From assembly GCA_963815455.1 (NCBI GenBank), contig CAWFGO010000002.1:1-64000 (forward strand): a DNA stretch of 64,000 nucleotides, in the 5' to 3' direction. This DNA is from an uncultured Verrucomicrobiae bacterium. Its GTDB lineage: Bacteria > Verrucomicrobiota > Verrucomicrobiia > Chthoniobacterales > UBA10450. A program made the translations under genes and the position numbers. Below, piece by piece: positions 20,908-30,003 of this stretch. A model generated the notes under the pieces. That model saw only the letters and a program-made list of their open reading frames with translations. It did no database searches and was not told the origin of the DNA. Position 1 is the stretch's first letter. Every line of letters starts with the position of its first letter.

Positions 20908-21614
20908 ACAGCGATGGCATCGCCGACTTTGTCCCGTATTCGGAAGGCCTGATCCAATCGTGACGTCTTAAAGATTGTCCGGACGGTCTCCCTCATTCCT
21001 ACCAGGTAAAGCTTGCCGCGGTAGGCTTCGACCCTCTGCATTCCGTCGATGAGAACGGCCAATCCGGAACTGTCGATGTAAGATACTTTGGAACAATCGA
21101 TCACGAGCTTCTCCGGTTTATCTTTGATTAGAGCGCGCAGTTCGGCGGCGATACGCGGGGAGGTGTGCAAATCAATTTCGCCTTCGAGCGCCAGAATATA
21201 AGGCGATCCAGTCGCGGCCTTTTCGATTCGGAGCGGGGAAATACGTGGTCCGGATCGCTGGTCGGCGCCTCTCGTTCGACAACGCGATGATTCACTGGGA
21301 GGACCAGCCTCGACGAGAATTCCGTCAGGTACTTGGCTGGCAAACTGCAAAACCCTGAAACCGAAATATGACGCCGGAAGCCTGATCTTCTTTGCGGGCG
21401 ACAAATCGGTTTGCACCGCTACGATCAATTCGCGGGCGTGATAGAGACTCTTGAAGACTTTTGCGACATGCGCCCTGGACCCAAACTCAACGTTGAATCG
21501 GGCCGCGGCTTCCGTCGCCAGGGAATGCCAATAGCCAGGTTCATAGGGATGCCAGGCGCGTTTTTCCGCTTCGCGTTCTGACTCGGACAGGGAAACCCAT
21601 TTAGCGAAGTTCAT
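20904..21614 (-). CDS. STAS-domain anti-sigma factor antagonist with unknown N-terminal domain
   Basis: C-terminal LEGEIDL..SP...LVIDCSKVSYIDSSGLAVL (phosphorylatable DSSG). Confidence 0.82.
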   Translation of the reverse strand: MNFAKWVSLSESEREAEKRAWHPYEPGYWHSLATEAAARFNVEFGSRAHVAKVFKSLYHARELIVAVQTDLSPAKKIRLPASYFGFRVLQFASQVPDGILVEAGPPSESSRCRTRGADQRSGPRISPLRIEKAATGSPYILALEGEIDLHTSPRIAAELRALIKDKPEKLVIDCSKVSYIDSSGLAVLIDGMQRVEAYRGKLYLVGMRETVRTIFKTSRLDQAFRIRDKVGDAIAV

Positions 21615-21786
21615 TGGTGTGTGGGCGAACTAAAGTTTGGTCATTATTATAATCGTAGCCGGTCGCCGGAATGAGCGTAACAAACGAACGGAAAGGCCGC
21701 CGACTCTACAAACTTTCCTGGCGCGATCTTTTTGCATCGGCTTTGGTCCCGGTTGAGGGCAGGATGCAACCCAGACACCCGTTGCC

Positions 21787-22680
21787 ATGCATGCATCGCT
21801 TGAAAAACTCGCCGACCGCTTCCGCATCACCAAACGGAAAAAATTCCGCCTCAAGAACATCGACCCGGCGGACATTGGAAAAATCAAATCGGAGGCGAAA
21901 GCGACCGATCTGCTCCGCCAAAGTGTCGAGTTGTTGAGCGACCTTCAGGAGAAACTCTACGCGCAGGATAAGTGGGCCCTGCTGCTGATATTTCAAGCAA
22001 TGGACGCGGCGGGAAAGGACGGCACCATCAAGCACGTCATGTCCGGCGTAAATCCGCAGGGCTGCGAGGTCACGAGCTTCAAGGCGCCCAGCGCCAACGA
22101 GCTCGACCACGATTATCTTTGGCGAACGATGAAAGCGCTCCCGGAACGTGGCCGCATCGGCATTTTTAATCGCTCCTACTACGAAGAAGTGCTCGTGGTC
22201 CGCGTTCATCCGAATTTCCTCGCCGGACAAAAACTGCCGCCGCAACTGGTTACCCGGCGCATCTGGAAAGAACGCTACGAAGACATCCGCGCGTTCGAAC
22301 GTTACCTCTCACGCAATGGCATCGTCATCCGGAAGTTTTTTCTTCATGTCTCGAGAAAAGAACAGCGCCAGCGGTTTCTCGCCCGATTGAACGAGCCGAA
22401 GAAAAACTGGAAATTTTCAGCCGGCGACGTGGCCGAACGCGAGCATTGGAAGCAGTATATGGCGGCCTACGAAAAGACGATCCGGCACACCGCGACCAAA
22501 CATTCACCCTGGTACGTTGTCCCCGCGGATAACAAATGGTTTACCCGGCTCGTAGTTGCATCGGCCATCATCGAAACTCTCGAATCGCTCGACCTCCACT
22601 TCCCGAAAATTGGCAAGGCCAAGCTCAAGGAGCTCGCCGCCGCCAAGCGGGCTCTGCTCACCGAACGCCGGGGTGGTTGA
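21787..22680 (+). CDS. ppk2: Polyphosphate kinase 2 family protein (class III-like)
   Basis: FQAMDAAGKDGTIKHV, SFKAPS..ELDHDYLWR, IFNRSYYEEVLVVRVH, KNWKFS..D. Confidence 0.93.
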   Translation: MHASLEKLADRFRITKRKKFRLKNIDPADIGKIKSEAKATDLLRQSVELLSDLQEKLYAQDKWALLLIFQAMDAAGKDGTIKHVMSGVNPQGCEVTSFKAPSANELDHDYLWRTMKALPERGRIGIFNRSYYEEVLVVRVHPNFLAGQKLPPQLVTRRIWKERYEDIRAFERYLSRNGIVIRKFFLHVSRKEQRQRFLARLNEPKKNWKFSAGDVAEREHWKQYMAAYEKTIRHTATKHSPWYVVPADNKWFTRLVVASAIIETLESLDLHFPKIGKAKLKELAAAKRALLTERRGG

Positions 22681-22753
22681 ATCGGGCATCGACAACCTGC
22701 GCCACGGATGACGGGGCATTCGCCGCGAAGCCGATGTCGATCTTATGCGAAGA

Positions 22754-23272
22754 TTACTTCTTCTCGTTCCGCGGATCGTCCGCCGGATTCACATATTTGA
22801 TCTGGAACGGGCCCTCGCTGTCGATTTGCACGATCGATTCGCTGATGGTCTTGACGAAATGCGACATCCCCGTTGGAAGTACGATGTAGCTACCCGGGCC
22901 CATTTCCTGGGTGGCCGTTTCGTCAAACTTGTCGCCCATGCCGAGGCGAAACGTGCCCGAAATCACTGTCACCCGTTCCGGTGCCGGATGGGTATGAGGT
23001 AAGATGTTATAACCGACCGGCGCCATCAAACGCACGGTAAACGGGCCGGGCTTGGTCGGGTCGCCATTCAGCACCGCCATCTTGCCGCCCGCCGGCAACC
23101 CGGGCGGGACTTCGCCCCATTTCAGGTCGGACGGGTTCATGACGTGATGCTCGATACTGGCAGCAGTCGACCCGCCTTTGGCGTGGTCTTCGTGCTTCTT
23201 CTCCTCAGCCGCAATTACCAACACGGCCGCGGCCGCCAGAATTACGCTGCACACAATGACACTCTTTTTCAT
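22754..23272 (-). CDS. Secreted cupin-domain protein
   Basis: Signal peptide MKKSVIV..; cupin motifs PHTHP..ERVTVISG and PGSY..LP.GMSHF. Confidence 0.85.
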   Translation of the reverse strand: MKKSVIVCSVILAAAAVLVIAAEEKKHEDHAKGGSTAASIEHHVMNPSDLKWGEVPPGLPAGGKMAVLNGDPTKPGPFTVRLMAPVGYNILPHTHPAPERVTVISGTFRLGMGDKFDETATQEMGPGSYIVLPTGMSHFVKTISESIVQIDSEGPFQIKYVNPADDPRNEKK

Positions 23273-23437
23273 GATGTAGATTCCTCGGGTTGAGATTTCG
23301 ACAAGCATTCACCCGCAGCGCGCCTCACTCAAGCGCCAAAGGTACACGAAGTTCCCGCGGCCTGACCTCTCCCTTCGGGAATGCTCCAAAATTTTTCTTG
23401 CAGCCCGAGATCGTTCCGTGTGAAATGGCCGCACACC

Positions 23438-24049
23438 ATGAAATCGACCCGTCTCCTTGCGCCCGTCGTTATCACGTTCTGTATTGCCGGGTTTGGTTCG
23501 TACGCTCTGGCCGGATCTCATGGCGATCACCGGCCTGCTCGCGCCAAATCGAGGCCTGCGTTCAGCTCCGATAATAATAGCCCGGGCAAGTTTGACCGAA
23601 TGACCAAAGATGAATATCCCGGGTTCTTTAACAAGGATAAGGGCAACGATGCCGCGGCGCGAGGAAACGAACTCGCAGACAAGAAGGCCGTGCAAGCCCG
23701 CTTCATCGAGCACGACTCGTTGCGCCGCAAGGATGTGAGCACCAATTTCTTTAACCGGACCACCAAAGCGACCGATACAAAAAACTTCATTACCGCGCAG
23801 CCCAACCCGGCTACAAGCGTGGTCCCCAGCCACGGAATCAGCCCGATTCCCATTCCAAACCCGGGACTGTTCCCGCCGTTGCCGCCGGTGCCAAGTCCGT
23901 TTCCGGTGATTCGAACGGGTCCGCCCGCGGGCGTCGGTCCGGTTCCGAGCGCCACTCCAGGCGGCCTGCGTCAGGTGGCGCATCCGCCGGTACGTTTGCC
24001 GGTTCCAATCCCAAGTCCGATCCCGAGCGCTACGCCAGCCAATAATTAG
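23438..24049 (+). CDS. Hypothetical secreted protein, Pro-rich C-terminus
   Basis: Signal-like N-terminus, low-complexity Pro tail, fills the space between neighbours. Confidence 0.55.
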   Translation: MKSTRLLAPVVITFCIAGFGSYALAGSHGDHRPARAKSRPAFSSDNNSPGKFDRMTKDEYPGFFNKDKGNDAAARGNELADKKAVQARFIEHDSLRRKDVSTNFFNRTTKATDTKNFITAQPNPATSVVPSHGISPIPIPNPGLFPPLPPVPSPFPVIRTGPPAGVGPVPSATPGGLRQVAHPPVRLPVPIPSPIPSATPANN

Positions 24050-24081
24050 ATTCGCGGCTTCCGGTCTCTGATTCCCATCGC

Positions 24082-25671
24082 CTACGGCACCAGCGCCGCC
24101 CGATAGAAACGCGCGTCAAAGTTGCCTGCGTCCGCGTCCACAAATTCCCAGACCGTTCCGGTAAACGTGTGCGTTTGCAGCGGAAGCCAGTTTACCAGAT
24201 CGCTCGAGGCCATTACGGTCACTTCCTGGCCGGGAAAAGCATGCACGTCGAAGCGCATCACGCCATCGCTGAGCGTCAGGGAAGCCGCATCGACAGTCGG
24301 CGCCTCCAGGCTGGGCGTAACGACAAGGGTTCCCGGCGCATAAAGGTACCGTGTGCGCGAGCCGTCGTTTAATCGCGCGCAAAGCCGATAACTTCCCGGT
24401 GATACCGTCTCCGCGTCGGTGGTCACATTCAACGCATCGAACAAGACCATGCTCGTCCCCGTTCTCGGCAACATCTGCTGAGCAATTTCGATTTCGTTAC
24501 CGTTATAAGGATTGGAATCGGGATCGACACGAATGCCGATGTCGATGTTACCGGCCGCGCTCGCTCCCGCTTGATGATAGAGCGAGACCCCGAATGATTG
24601 GCCGGCCGGGACCGTGTTTGTTCCTGCGAGTGCAAACCGAATCGGGTTCGGCCACAAACCTGCATTGGCCGGCAACGCCGTCCGATTCGGCGCCAGGCCT
24701 CCGCCCAAATCCCAATTCTTGTTGAATCCGTCATTGATTCGTCCATTACCAGTTCCGGCCGGCTCGATGTTGCTCAGCCGATCGCCGCCGCCGATCAAGC
24801 TGTAGAGGAACCCGGCCGCAGTCCCGGACATCTCCGTTGCCGTCCACCAGGTGCCGCGTTGGGTCGCTGTAATGGTGGCCTGCGTGTCGCTCGCGGGTGT
24901 GGCCAGATCGACCGTGCCATGATACCAGAGATGGACATCGCTGTGAGCTGAAGAATAACCGCCATTCAAATCGAGAAGCTTGCGGTTGTAAGCGCCAAAC
25001 ACCGATTGCCCGTTCGGCACGATGATTCCGTCTCCCATGTTCTGCCAGAAATTGTCGGCAAAAAACACGTTGGCCCAGCTCGTCACGGCGGCGTCGCCAA
25101 ACTGCGACACCGGCCGCGGATCGAGCGTCGTGACCTGATCGACCCAAACGCCCTGCGCTCCAAGCAACCGGGCCATCTCGGTGATCACCGATCCGCCTCG
25201 ACTGTGCCCAACCAGATGCAATGGCAACTCCCCCAGCGGCCGTCCGCCCATTTCCGGAATCAAATCCGTGGCCAGCAACGCGTTCACCGCCGCCTGGGCC
25301 ACTTGAGTCGAGGAAGCCCCGCCGATGCTCGACACGGTGGACCAATCCAGTTTCACGAGAATCTCCCCCGAATCCGTGATGAGCGGAACCGCTCCACCGA
25401 GGAACGTCGCGGCGGCCACATATTGCCCCGAACCGTTTCGGGTAATGGAAATCTCGTAGCAACTGTAGGTCGCGCCCGGAAATCCCGGATACGCCGGCAC
25501 TTTCCCCGCCATTGGAATAATCCAGTCGGTCACATTCGAGTTGAACCCATGGGTGATGATCGTCACACCGCCCGCATGAACGAAACTCGTCGGGAAAAAT
25601 GCGAGCAAGAGCGCGCTGAAAATCGCAGGACAACGTCGAATCATCACGCCCAATCCTATCAGACCGCGCAA
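24082..25671 (-). CDS. Secreted alpha/beta-hydrolase-fold protein with C-terminal beta domain (start may be 25644)
   Basis: IITHGF oxyanion motif, nucleophile elbow LVGHSRGG, VTTLDP, late H motif (SAHSDVH); signal peptide. Confidence 0.8.
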   Translation of the reverse strand: MRGLIGLGVMIRRCPAIFSALLLAFFPTSFVHAGGVTIITHGFNSNVTDWIIPMAGKVPAYPGFPGATYSCYEISITRNGSGQYVAAATFLGGAVPLITDSGEILVKLDWSTVSSIGGASSTQVAQAAVNALLATDLIPEMGGRPLGELPLHLVGHSRGGSVITEMARLLGAQGVWVDQVTTLDPRPVSQFGDAAVTSWANVFFADNFWQNMGDGIIVPNGQSVFGAYNRKLLDLNGGYSSAHSDVHLWYHGTVDLATPASDTQATITATQRGTWWTATEMSGTAAGFLYSLIGGGDRLSNIEPAGTGNGRINDGFNKNWDLGGGLAPNRTALPANAGLWPNPIRFALAGTNTVPAGQSFGVSLYHQAGASAAGNIDIGIRVDPDSNPYNGNEIEIAQQMLPRTGTSMVLFDALNVTTDAETVSPGSYRLCARLNDGSRTRYLYAPGTLVVTPSLEAPTVDAASLTLSDGVMRFDVHAFPGQEVTVMASSDLVNWLPLQTHTFTGTVWEFVDADAGNFDARFYRAALVP

Positions 25672-25802
25672 GCGTTGCGCACTCTTGTCGATCTTCCCCT
25701 TATTGGACGTGGGGGTTGAGCGTTCAGCGTTGGGCGTTGAACGGTTTCTGACCCTCGACTTACGACTTTTCCTGCTTCTGTAATCCTCGTAACTTTCCTC
25801 CC

Positions 25803-26375
25803 ATGTATCCCGCCGCGATCAATATCATTTCCGTTTGCTGGATCATATTCGGCGTCATCTGGTTGATCGCGGCCTTATCGACCAAGCGATCGGTTTATCG
25901 CGAGAGCAGGCTGCAACGCTTGCGTTACACGATCGTGCTCATTACCGGCTGTTTTCTATTATTTCGGGGTCGTCAGATGGCGTATCCGCTCAACGCCCGC
26001 GTGGTTCCCGAAATGAACGCGCTCGCGTTAGTCGCGGTGATTTTGTGCGTGGCGGGCTTGCTGTTCTGTCTTTGGGCCCGGGCCACATTGGGGCGCAACT
26101 GGAGCGGCAATATCACCTTGAAAGAGGAACACGAATTAATTGTGCGCGGACCGTACCGCCTCGTCCGGCACCCGATCTACACCGGATTGTTCGTCATGTT
26201 TCTCGCCACCGCTATTGTGTTCGGCCGTTTCGCAGGAATTATCGGAACCGTGCTGGTGTTCGTCAGTCTCTGGATAAAACTGAGCGACGAAGAACAACTG
26301 ATGCTCAAACAATTCGGCGACGAGTATGTCGCCTATCAGAAACGAACTAAACGCATCATCCCCTTCGTCCTCTAG
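25803..26375 (+). CDS. Isoprenylcysteine carboxyl methyltransferase family membrane protein
   Basis: LGRNWS...HELI..GPYR.VRHPIYTG...EE..M...FG..Y..Y.......IP. Confidence 0.9.
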   Translation: MYPAAINIISVCWIIFGVIWLIAALSTKRSVYRESRLQRLRYTIVLITGCFLLFRGRQMAYPLNARVVPEMNALALVAVILCVAGLLFCLWARATLGRNWSGNITLKEEHELIVRGPYRLVRHPIYTGLFVMFLATAIVFGRFAGIIGTVLVFVSLWIKLSDEEQLMLKQFGDEYVAYQKRTKRIIPFVL

Positions 26376-26523
26376 CCTTTCTCCTGCTCGTGCTCCTGCT
26401 CGACTCCGTAACCGCTGACCGCCTCCTTCGTCGTTCCGCCGCGACGCCAAAGAAAATTCGGCTTACTTTGCCGTCGAAAAAAATGAAAATGATCCCGTCG
26501 CCGTCACTAACTTCACCAACCCG

Positions 26524-27126
26524 TTATTCCGGCCGGCTCATCTCGAACCGGTCGCGCGTACGGCAGTACCAGTTAGGACTCGCCATGCGCCCGATCACAT
26601 GAAAGCGCTCGGTCCGAATCCGCAATTTATCGGGATCGATCAGCTCATCGCGGACATATACTCGCCTAACCAAGCCGATGACAACCCGGTTCCCACCGAT
26701 CTCGAGCGTTCCCCATTCCTTGCATTCGAGGCTGGCCGGCGCTTCGCCGATTCGTGGCGGCCCCACTATCGACGACGCGACCGCGGTTAATCCCGCGCTC
26801 TCGATCTCGCTGAGCCCATACGGCAGCGGCGCCGACGTGCGGTTCATCGCTTCGGCCGTTGCTTCATCCACGAGGTTCACCACAAACTCGTGGGTCCGGC
26901 GAATGTTGCGCGCCGTGTCCTTGGGCGATCCATCATCGCGATTGCCGGGAGCGAAACCGATAATCGGTGGATCCCCGCCGAGCGCGTTAAAAAAACTGAA
27001 CGGCGCAGCGTTGACCGAGCCGTTTTCGTTCAATGTCGTTACCCAGGCGATCGGGCGCGGTGTAATAAGTGAAACCAGCAGCGCATAACCGCGACTGGCA
27101 TGTTTACCTTCGAGATCGAGTTCCAT
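26524..27126 (-). CDS. Flavin reductase family protein (DIM6/NTAB-like)
   Basis: PRPIAWVTT...NAAPFSFFN...KDTARNI....EFVVNLV...ASLEC. Confidence 0.92.
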   Translation of the reverse strand: MELDLEGKHASRGYALLVSLITPRPIAWVTTLNENGSVNAAPFSFFNALGGDPPIIGFAPGNRDDGSPKDTARNIRRTHEFVVNLVDEATAEAMNRTSAPLPYGLSEIESAGLTAVASSIVGPPRIGEAPASLECKEWGTLEIGGNRVVIGLVRRVYVRDELIDPDKLRIRTERFHVIGRMASPNWYCRTRDRFEMSRPE

Positions 27127-27163
27127 CCGGAATCAATACGCAATCTCCGGCCGTTTCCCAATT

Positions 27164-28888
27164 TCAGCGTGAGAGCATTCCGCGGATCGTGTCGGTCACT
27201 GCTTTCGCGTCCAACAAGGAATTCTCCACGGCCGGCAGGGCCCAATTGTCCTGATTCACGAAGTACAGATTATTGCCAATGGGTCGATGCGCCGTTTCCA
27301 CCGTGCCGTTGGCGATGTATCCCGGACGCGGGATTGGCATGGCATGTCCCCAACGCGTTAGGCGCACCTGACGCACAGCAGATTCTGGAACATCAAGCAG
27401 CGAAAGCATGCGGCGAATCTGCGGCACGAGCAACCCGGTGTAATGGTTCCACGGATCATTGAGAAGCAGCGAAAACCGCGCCGATGCCCATGAAAGCGGC
27501 CAATACAGAGTCAAGACACTGCGCGGACCGTGCTCGCGCGTATAATCGCCGCGCAGCATGTCGGTAACGATCGGGTTTCGCTCGAGCTCCTCGCCATTCA
27601 TCGGGTAACTCACCCCATCGCCAAGCAGGAAGCAGTCGTAAAAATCGCGTTCGACAGGCGACTGCAAAAGAACATTGGCCACCAGATAGGCCGCGGTGGA
27701 GAGCTGGTTCATCGCCTGCAATTTCTCCCAGTCCCAATGCTCCAGATCGAACAACACATACTTGGCGATATGTTTCGAGCCGGCCATAATGACAAAGCGC
27801 GCGCTGATCGAACGCAAATTCTGGCTGGAATCAAGATAGGTCACCTGCAAGCGCTCCCCTCGCGGGCGCACGTCGATCACGCGGCTGCGGCCACGCAAAA
27901 AGTGAGGCCGGCATTCCGGCCGGACGTTATTCTCACGCTCCTTTAATCGCCGCCAAATCTCGTAAACGAAGCGTGAATTCCCCCCGGGCAGGACCCACCG
28001 CCCCCCTTCTTCCGCGGCGACGAAGTTCCATCCGCAAGCAGCGGAGATTTCTTCCATCGGCGCGTCGAATGAGGAAAAAAAGTAGGATTGAACACCTGCC
28101 GCCAGCAACGGCGTCATCGGCATGCCCATCCTTTGCTCGACGTCCTGGCGAAACGTAATCAGGTCCAGCGCGCGGACCCGTGCCGCTTCCGCCGGATCGT
28201 CGGAGAGCGGGATATCAGGGTATTCGTTGTCCCAAACATTGGTCACAACCTCGGCGTAGCGGCAAAACGCTCTCTGTTCCTCCCGCGAAGCGCCCACCCC
28301 GCTCCAGAAATCGTCGCGAATGATCCCGTTGAGCTCCATCGGGTCCGGCGGATCGTTTCGGCGAATCAGGTGATGCAGCCCGAACTCGTGGTAGAAGCGC
28401 TCCAGGAATGATCCAGGATCCGGTGTAATAAAATACGCGCCACCCATCGAGTACTCGATACCGTGCCATACTTCGCCCATGGCGTTTCCTCCGAAACGAT
28501 CGCGCAATTCGAAGAGGACGGTATTGTGATGGCGCAGCATATAAGCCGAAGCCAATCCCGATAATCCCCCGCCCACCACCGCAACATCGACATCCTCCGC
28601 CGGTTCCGGCGGCGGACCGCCGTTGAAGTAATCCGGGATAAAATGAAACGGGATCGTGTCGTTAGGGAAATCGTCGCCAAAGAACCATTCGGCAAAAGGC
28701 ATTCCATCCACCATCACCGAGGGAGGGGCCGAAGGGATTTCGAGAAATGGCGTGGTTGCCGGAATATGCAATCCGCCGGAGGGGGCGCACCGTGGCGGAC
28801 GCGGACTTGCAATGAGGCCCTTGCTTCCGAGCGCTCCCAGAGCAAACGCACTCAAGCCACCGCGCAGAAACTCTCGTCGATCCATCAT
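27164..28888 (-). CDS. Tat-exported FAD-dependent oxidoreductase (amine oxidase-like)
   Basis: DRREFLRG twin-arginine signal; VDVAVVGGGLSGL..A Rossmann motif; FE..DRFGGN; TRWGHAM. Confidence 0.85.
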   Translation of the reverse strand: MMDRREFLRGGLSAFALGALGSKGLIASPRPPRCAPSGGLHIPATTPFLEIPSAPPSVMVDGMPFAEWFFGDDFPNDTIPFHFIPDYFNGGPPPEPAEDVDVAVVGGGLSGLASAYMLRHHNTVLFELRDRFGGNAMGEVWHGIEYSMGGAYFITPDPGSFLERFYHEFGLHHLIRRNDPPDPMELNGIIRDDFWSGVGASREEQRAFCRYAEVVTNVWDNEYPDIPLSDDPAEAARVRALDLITFRQDVEQRMGMPMTPLLAAGVQSYFFSSFDAPMEEISAACGWNFVAAEEGGRWVLPGGNSRFVYEIWRRLKERENNVRPECRPHFLRGRSRVIDVRPRGERLQVTYLDSSQNLRSISARFVIMAGSKHIAKYVLFDLEHWDWEKLQAMNQLSTAAYLVANVLLQSPVERDFYDCFLLGDGVSYPMNGEELERNPIVTDMLRGDYTREHGPRSVLTLYWPLSWASARFSLLLNDPWNHYTGLLVPQIRRMLSLLDVPESAVRQVRLTRWGHAMPIPRPGYIANGTVETAHRPIGNNLYFVNQDNWALPAVENSLLDAKAVTDTIRGMLSR

Positions 28889-29050
28889 ATCGCGTTCCGG
28901 GAACCCCGATCCTCCCAAAATGCGTCTCCCTTTTCAATCCTCGATTTCTGCAGCAACATCGCTGCGCCACGCTCACTCCGTATTACGTCGAAGATCGAAA
29001 ATCCAAAATTCCCACAGACGGGCCCGGCCTATGCTTGCTCGGAAGAGACC

Positions 29051-29434
29051 ATGAAGAAGAAGCTGCGCATCTTGGGGGTCGATGACGAACCAATCATTGG
29101 CGAGTCAATCGCTTGCGCGCTGGAAAATCCGCATCGGAAGATTGTTATTGCCAAAGATGGCCAGGAGGCCTTGGCCCTGGCGAAAAAGGAAAAGTTCGAC
29201 GTCGTCATCACGGACCACCGGATGCCGCGTTCGGGCGGACTGGAGCTGGTGAAGAAACTTCGAGCCCGCAAGTATGCCGGCAAGATCGTCGTCCTATCGG
29301 GCCACCTGTCGCCGGACAACATCGGCATTTATGAGGAACTCGACGTCGATGAAGTCGTAGGCAAACCGATCAATTCAGCCGAACTTCGCGAACTCATCGT
29401 CACGCTCGAAGAAGACATAGAGATGGAAGGCTGA
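29051..29434 (+). CDS. Single-domain response regulator (receiver only)
   Basis: VDDE, FDVVITDHRMP..GLEL, VLSG, KP; start reassigned to ATG 29051. Confidence 0.9.
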   Translation: MKKKLRILGVDDEPIIGESIACALENPHRKIVIAKDGQEALALAKKEKFDVVITDHRMPRSGGLELVKKLRARKYAGKIVVLSGHLSPDNIGIYEELDVDEVVGKPINSAELRELIVTLEEDIEMEG

Positions 29435-29579
29435 TTTCTGACATCTGAGGCTTCAGCCCTCAATTTTCACCTTCCCAGCGCCCAGCTGCCGCCATTTTCC
29501 TCAAAAACGCATTGGCAAACTGACACCGCTCGTCCAGCATACTCCCGTAAGCCCGATGAACCTGGAGCAAAGATAATTT

Positions 29580-29900
29580 ATGGCACACGTCGTTACCAAT
29601 AAATGTGTGGAGTGCAAGTTCACCGACTGCGTGGTGGTATGTCCGGTGGCCTGCTTTTATGAGATGGACAAACAACTGGTCATTCACCCCGAGGAATGCA
29701 TCGATTGCATGGCCTGCGTGGATGAATGTCCAGTTCACGCCATCTACGCCGCCGACGACGTCCCGCCCGAGTTTCAAAAGGACATTGAATTTAACGCCGT
29801 CGAGGGCAGACGAATCCAGGAATCCGGCCAGGGCGCCATCGAAGCGAAAAAAGATCCCCTGCCCACCGCCGCAGCCCGAAAAGCGGAATTGGGTTACTGA
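29580..29900 (+). CDS. fdxA: 7Fe-type ferredoxin (FdxA-like)
   Basis: CxxCxxxxCxxxCP and IHPEECIDCMACVDECP clusters. Confidence 0.9.
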   Translation: MAHVVTNKCVECKFTDCVVVCPVACFYEMDKQLVIHPEECIDCMACVDECPVHAIYAADDVPPEFQKDIEFNAVEGRRIQESGQGAIEAKKDPLPTAAARKAELGY

Positions 29901-30003
29901 CCTCCATCCATAGACAAGATCATTGTGGAGCGTCTTTGTCAGACGCCGATCTGTTTCCCACCTTCTAATCGGTTAACCCGCGCGGTGAAGCCAGCACGAT
30001 CTC

